Both the position numbers and the translations under genes were made by a program. Source: Candidatus Njordarchaeota archaeon (GTDB lineage: Archaea; Asgardarchaeota; Njordarchaeia; Njordarchaeales; Njordarchaeaceae). Taken from it: 18,996 bases of DNA. The notes under the pieces were generated by a model. It ran no database searches. It was not told where the DNA came from and was given only the letters and a program-made list of their open reading frames with translations. The stretch is from positions 1-18,996 of the forward strand of contig JAHKLG010000012.1 of NCBI GenBank assembly GCA_029856625.1, written 5' to 3'. How positions within the stretch are numbered: position 1 is the stretch's first letter; the number at the start of each line of letters is the position of its first letter. This document shows positions 15,013-18,996 of this stretch, piece by piece.

Positions 15013-15702
15013 TTATCTTCTCTTTTTAGCTTCTAATTCTACCTTAATAGGCGGACCCATAGTAGTCTTAACTACTATATTCCTTATATTTCTCCAACCC
15101 TTAGGGAGACGGTTTTTAATATCCATTACGAATGCGACAATATTCTCGGCCAATTGTTCATCGGGCATATCAATACTGCCAACTTTTGCATGAACCGTTG
15201 GTGATTTGTGCAGACGTATTAATACTGTTCTCTTAGCCATATCAATGGCTTTAACAATGTCATCAGTAATCCCAACGGGTATGGGCATCTTATTCCTAGG
15301 GCTTAAAAGTCTCCCAAAATATCTACCAATAATTCCCATTAATGTCGCACTACTAACGAATATTCTATGTCTTCTAGCGATTTTCTTCATTTTTCGAATA
15401 TTAGACTTTAATTCTTCGATACCCGCTTTATCAATTAAGGTTATTTCTTTCTTTTCAGCTAATTCGCGGAGTGGTGGTATATGAGGATCATCTGCGAAAA
15501 CAGCAATTTTATCTTTTTTTGCGATAGAGTACGGCAAAGTTATACGAGCTCTAAACCTATTTTCTGGTTTTGTAAGATCATAATCTTTTAGAGCTATTTG
15601 GACTTCAACAGCTTCAGTGAAGTTTCTTTTAGGAGATATTTTTCTCATCTCGTGAATAGTTTTTAGTACAGCGTTATATAGCTCTCTTTCGCTGATTGAC
15701 AT
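15013..15702 (-). CDS. rpl1: Ribosomal protein uL1
   Basis: The 229-aa ORF contains KRNFTEAVEVQIALKDYDLTKPENRFRARITLPY. Its stop lies 3 nt upstream of the P0 start region. Confidence 0.95.
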   Translation of the reverse strand: MSISERELYNAVLKTIHEMRKISPKRNFTEAVEVQIALKDYDLTKPENRFRARITLPYSIAKKDKIAVFADDPHIPPLRELAEKKEITLIDKAGIEELKSNIRKMKKIARRHRIFVSSATLMGIIGRYFGRLLSPRNKMPIPVGITDDIVKAIDMAKRTVLIRLHKSPTVHAKVGSIDMPDEQLAENIVAFVMDIKNRLPKGWRNIRNIVVKTTMGPPIKVELEAKKRR

Positions 15703-15888
15703 TATGTTCTCCCTCTCTTCTTTTAAGGTAATCCATTATCTCATTGGCGTACAATATAAAAATTTACTAACATTATGACTAACAACCATTGATATTGGTA
15801 TTAAGAATTTTCGGCAGAGTGTAGTAAACAATACATGACGTGGGGAGAAGAAATAAGACAATCTAAAGGTATTCAAAATGTAAGTAAA

Positions 15889-15980
15889 TGGAGCCGCGGG
15901 CGGGATTCGAACCCGCGACCTCGGGATTTCTCTCAACGAGTTGTTACGAGTCCCGCGCTCTACCACTGAGCTACCGCGGC
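15889..15980 (-). tRNA. tRNA-Thr(CGU) with a 17-nt intron at 37/38 (intron 15928-15944); CCA encoded
   Basis: The reverse complement folds as GCCGCGG TA GCTC AGTGGTA GAGC G CGGGA CTCGTA[ACAACTCGTTGAGAGAA]A TCCCG AGGTC GCGGG TTCGAAT CCCGC CCGCGGC T CCA. The bulges are TAA and AAA. The central helix CTCG/AGAG has 3 bp plus one mismatch. Confidence 0.9.
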
Positions 15981-16111
15981 ATGAACGTCAATACTCTCCG
16001 ATATTCAAAGATTTTTTAAAAATTTAATAGGAATGTTCCCCGAGCAACTAACACCCATCCCTCATCGGATTGCTTTTCCAGCTTTCCTCAGGTGAGCTCT
16101 CTCGCCCGGGG

Positions 16112-16175
16112 TATAGCCAATACGGCCTTCCACCGCTTCATAATTATCTGCGGAGGAGGGGCCGTATTGGCTATA
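16112..16175. repeat. Perfect 16-bp inverted repeat (long hairpin) inside a GC-enriched intergenic island
   Basis: TATAGCCAATACGGCC (16112-16127) is the exact reverse complement of GGCCGTATTGGCTATA (16160-16175). The stem can extend (UUCC.CCGC with GCGG.GG.GG, including G-U pairs and bulges) to an apical loop UUCAUAAUUAUCU (16137-16149). Confidence 0.9.
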
Positions 16176-16224
16176 AATATATTATTCACTCGCGAAGCAC
16201 TAATAAAACTTAACTATTCCGTAC

Positions 16225-17955
16225 TTGGTGACATTGTTGGTACGTTGTATATTTTGTGGTCGTGAGGTTCCTAATAACAAAATCTTATGCGAAGGTTGTT
16301 CATCAGCGTTATGCGAGATTTGCGGAAGTAAGCTAGCTAGGGGTTATTGTGCAATTTGCGGTAGAATTATATGTGATGAATGTAGCGAGATGATAGGTTA
16401 TGCAAGAGTTTGTAAGGATTGTTTAAGGGAATATCCCGAAATAACAGATTATGAAAGTCTAAGGAGATTTCAATTTACTAGGCTGCTTTATCAGAAGCCT
16501 AAAAAACTTTCCCTAAAAAATGTTTTAAACTTTGGTAAGGAAGAAATGAATGAAGGTTATATTTTTCTTAGAATAGGTCTTGATGACTTTGATTCTCCAT
16601 ATGGCTTATGTACCACTTATCTTGGAGCTCACATAGCATTAAAGTTAACTGAATTAGGTTTTAATTTTGTTGATTATCCGTATCTCGTCAGATTAAATCC
16701 GAATATTCCATGGAAGACGCGCGGAAATGCTGCTATTTCATTGTCTCTTAGTGTGAGTAAGGACAAACTTAAAGATGTTAGAGATATCGTTCTAAGACAT
16801 ATCCATACGTTCGTTATTCCAGAATTTAAGAAGACACAACCCGCTGTTGCCTTTTATTATAGTCCGATTCCCAAGATTCCATATACGTTAAAGCGGATAT
16901 ATTATCAGGCTTTGAGGGATCTTACCACGTTGCATGAAGTTATTAAACTCGCATCTAGTATCCCGTATGGTGTTATTGAAGTTTGGGCTGAAGATAAGAG
17001 CTCGAGAGGGATCATAGGAGCCTTAGCGGCAGTAGGAGCTGAGTTCAAAGATTATACATTCGAATTGCTTGCTTATAGAAAAAAGGAAAAATGGGCTGAA
17101 GAAAGATTCGTAGATGCAAGAAGTGTTAAATGGATGGATGATTTTTTAGGCAATAGCTTAACTTTTGATAATATTGACGGTGATCGGATATTAATAACAC
17201 CTAGAGGTCCAGACCCCGTCTTATTTGGAATTAGAGGAGATATTCCAGAGGCATTATTCTTGGGATTTAATTGGTTAAAGCATGAAGATATTGATTTGTG
17301 GTGCCTTTATAAGACAAATCAAGGAACAAACGCGCATATTGTTAAGATTCCCTCCCTCTGTCTGGCAAAACCCTATCAGACAATTAGGACTAGAGTCAGA
17401 GTTGATAAAGTGGCTAAAGAAAAAGGTAAAGTTATTTTGAATGTTTCCGATAATTTCACATGCGCTAAGGTCATTTTTTACAGACCTGCTGGGAAAATGA
17501 GAAAATTAGCTGAGGATTTAAAGGAAGGCGACTGGGTAGAAATAGTGGGCACAATTGTTGATCGAGATGAGAACTGCTGGATTATTAATGCCGAAGAGTT
17601 TATAATAATAGAGCTTTCTCCATTAGAAACTCATAGAAATCCTTTTTGTCCAAAATGCGGAAGAAGACTAATTAGTGGAGGAAAGGATTCTCTTCGATGT
17701 CCCTCGTGTGGATTTAAAATGAGTAAAAAAACGAAGTTAATTATGCTAACGAGTAGGAAATTGAAAGAGGGATTCCGTATAATTCCTCCATCTAAGGCAC
17801 ATAGGCATCTCACAATGCCCTTAACCCGGGAGCATTTTTCAGAATTTAAGAGGAGAAAAATATTTCCAGAATACCTAATACATCCTTTCTGCGGGAGATC
17901 TAAAATTCCTCTTTCTCAATTAAAGAGAACCCGAACCTTGTTGGATAAAGTCTAG
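16225..17955 (+). CDS. tiaS: tRNA(Ile2) 2-agmatinylcytidine synthetase (TiaS) homolog with an N-terminal ~107-aa six-CxxC zinc-finger extension
   Basis: From Met108 (ATG at 16546) the sequence reads FLRIGLDDFDSPYGLCTTYLGAH...LVRLNPNIPWKTRGNAA, the TiaS/DUF1743 kinase-domain signature. The C-terminal zinc ribbon is CPKCGRRL...CPSCG. Upstream, in frame and without a stop, lie C8xxC11, C22xxC25, C30xxC33, C42xxC45, C50xxC53 and C63xxC66. The listed start is TTG. Confidence 0.8.
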   Translation: MVTLLVRCIFCGREVPNNKILCEGCSSALCEICGSKLARGYCAICGRIICDECSEMIGYARVCKDCLREYPEITDYESLRRFQFTRLLYQKPKKLSLKNVLNFGKEEMNEGYIFLRIGLDDFDSPYGLCTTYLGAHIALKLTELGFNFVDYPYLVRLNPNIPWKTRGNAAISLSLSVSKDKLKDVRDIVLRHIHTFVIPEFKKTQPAVAFYYSPIPKIPYTLKRIYYQALRDLTTLHEVIKLASSIPYGVIEVWAEDKSSRGIIGALAAVGAEFKDYTFELLAYRKKEKWAEERFVDARSVKWMDDFLGNSLTFDNIDGDRILITPRGPDPVLFGIRGDIPEALFLGFNWLKHEDIDLWCLYKTNQGTNAHIVKIPSLCLAKPYQTIRTRVRVDKVAKEKGKVILNVSDNFTCAKVIFYRPAGKMRKLAEDLKEGDWVEIVGTIVDRDENCWIINAEEFIIIELSPLETHRNPFCPKCGRRLISGGKDSLRCPSCGFKMSKKTKLIMLTSRKLKEGFRIIPPSKAHRHLTMPLTREHFSEFKRRKIFPEYLIHPFCGRSKIPLSQLKRTRTLLDKV

Positions 17956-18562
17956 CAAGTAATATTGTTTCCAATTTAATGCTTTTAGGATCAATGTTCC
18001 ACAATTGACCCTCTGAAGGCAAATTAAGTAATTTAACCGAAAAAAGCTCTCTCAATCTCCCCTTTCTTCTTAAGCGATAAAAATATTTAGAGAATTCTAT
18101 AAAAGCGGGCCATCGTCTAGGCAGTGGTATATTATCCTGTTCTGGAAGAGTTATCAGTAATTTATTTCCATCTTCTAAGAGCTTACCGAATAGGGAGAAT
18201 ATTAGGCCAAGCTTTTTGGTGAGGGACTCGCTCCACGCTCTCCTGACGAAAAATTGCATAGGTAGGGTTTCATCCAATATTATTACTGAGCTTTTTGGTC
18301 TTCTTCTCTTTAGTATTTTGGTAAAGGATATAATGATATCTCTAGGTGTATCAATTAGGTATAGATAAAGATTTCTCTTATAAGGAATACGAGGATAGAA
18401 CTGGCATAGAAGTTTTAGATTTCTTGATTGATTACTTATCAATAAGTGTACGGTATATTTTTTGGCTAACATATTAGCAGCAAATTGTATTGAAAATAGG
18501 GTTTTCCCCACGCCTCTAGAACCGTACAAAATGATTATGTCCTGCTGTAATAAGAATTTCAA
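17900..18562 (-). CDS. Small RecA/KaiC-superfamily P-loop ATPase (function unknown)
   Basis: Walker A is LYGSRGVGKTLF and Walker B-like is SVIILDE. The protein is 220 aa. Its 3' end overlaps the convergent tiaS 3' end by 56 nt. Confidence 0.55.
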   Translation of the reverse strand: MKFLLQQDIIILYGSRGVGKTLFSIQFAANMLAKKYTVHLLISNQSRNLKLLCQFYPRIPYKRNLYLYLIDTPRDIIISFTKILKRRRPKSSVIILDETLPMQFFVRRAWSESLTKKLGLIFSLFGKLLEDGNKLLITLPEQDNIPLPRRWPAFIEFSKYFYRLRRKGRLRELFSVKLLNLPSEGQLWNIDPKSIKLETILLARLYPTRFGFSLIEKEEF

Positions 18563-18762
18563 TCTTTTTGTTAAGTCCTCAAAACAACCTTATAACCCAA
18601 ATTAACCCCACTATTGACGCAGCTTTAATGTTCAAATAGTTAATATTAAAGCAACTATTAACTTATAATTACGATAATTCAAGGTAGTAAAAATGCATGC
18701 TTTTTAAGAACGGCTAATCCTATCATCAAGTTCTTTTCCTAGAGAATAATGGTGGCTATGGA

Positions 18763-18996
18763 ATGAGAGAAAAAGTGTTAAGAGATTGGTTCAAAAAAGT
18801 AGTTTATACTAATAAACATTGGAAATTGCTTAAAATGAAGCGTGAAAAAGCAGTTAGAATTCTAGATGTTCTGAATTTTCATAATGTTAAAGGATATATT
18901 TATGGTTCCGTAGCTAGAGGCGATGTTAAGCCGTCAAGCGATATTGATATAGTTATCTTTTCGCCTCCTCCTCCCTACCGTCTAGAGTATATTATA
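18763..18996 (+). CDS. Pol-beta-superfamily minimal nucleotidyltransferase (MNT-like), 3'-truncated by the window edge
   Basis: My translation from ATG at 18763 reads MREKVLRDWFKKVVYTNKHWKLLKMKREKAVRILDVLNFHNVKGYIYGSVARGDVKPSSDIDIVIFSPPPPYRLEYII. GS-x10-DxD is the NTase catalytic signature. The frame is open to the window end. Confidence 0.7.
   Translation, partial: MREKVLRDWFKKVVYTNKHWKLLKMKREKAVRILDVLNFHNVKGYIYGSVARGDVKPSSDIDIVIFSPPPPYRLEYII

Noticed and set aside
16078-16089. The minus strand reads GAGGAAAGCUGG, reminiscent of the RNase P RNA CR-I/P4 sequence GAGGAAAGUCC, with the long hairpin as a possible P3.
   Set aside because: I found no matching P4 3' strand or CR-V (ACANAA...GGCUUA-like). 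Too little sequence remains before tRNA-Thr, and an 8-nt purine-rich match is weak. It would need a covariance-model scan to revive.
16106-16175. Reading the hairpin region as a disguised or intron-containing tRNA-Ile2/Met (CAU) gene.
   Set aside because: There is no T-arm (GTTCRANYC) anywhere nearby. The D-arm would have a 5-nt loop without GG. The 16-bp perfect stem is incompatible with a cloverleaf.
16112-16175. The hairpin as a MITE or transposon terminal inverted repeat.
   Set aside because: The element would be only 64 bp. No target-site duplication is visible (flanks GGGG versus AAAT), and there is no second copy in the window.
18680-18735. A minus-strand TTGATGA followed 40 nt later by TTGA as a C/D candidate upstream of the ATPase gene.
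   Set aside because: Both boxes deviate from consensus and there are no C'/D' boxes. It lies in a probable promoter region.

Overview
This AT-rich window has sharply GC-rich stable-RNA islands, the pattern expected of a hyperthermophilic archaeon. Gene content and intron style suggest Thermoproteota/TACK. It is mostly a translation and RNA-processing housekeeping region. On the minus strand it holds a 2-oxoacid:ferredoxin oxidoreductase gamma-delta-alpha operon (alpha runs off the 5' edge). Next come an asparaginyl-tRNA synthetase interrupted by one in-frame TAA, a candidate C/D box sRNA, a 5S rRNA gene, PCNA and an MglA-like GTPase. Then follow UPF0147, the eL24-eS28-L7Ae cluster and uL11. 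After these sit intron-containing tRNA-Ile(GAU), a three-domain Clp1-type polynucleotide kinase and intron-containing tRNA-Arg(CCU). A CBS protein, an NFACT/RqcH-like protein, a small EMC6-like membrane protein and an Sm protein follow. The window ends with P1-P0-uL1, intron-containing tRNA-Thr(CGU), a GC-rich hairpin element, a TiaS homolog with an N-terminal six-CxxC extension, a small RecA/KaiC-like ATPase and a partial nucleotidyltransferase. The strongest finding is that the 5S rRNA gene is circularly permuted. Helix I is closed by a UUAAA loop. The gene ends fall inside the helix III / GCUAAGCC region and are clamped by a 13-bp GC helix. That helix carries a relaxed bulge-helix-bulge-like motif whose predicted cuts would restore the canonical 5S junction, giving a 131-nt circle. 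No CRISPR array or recognisable mobile element was seen.
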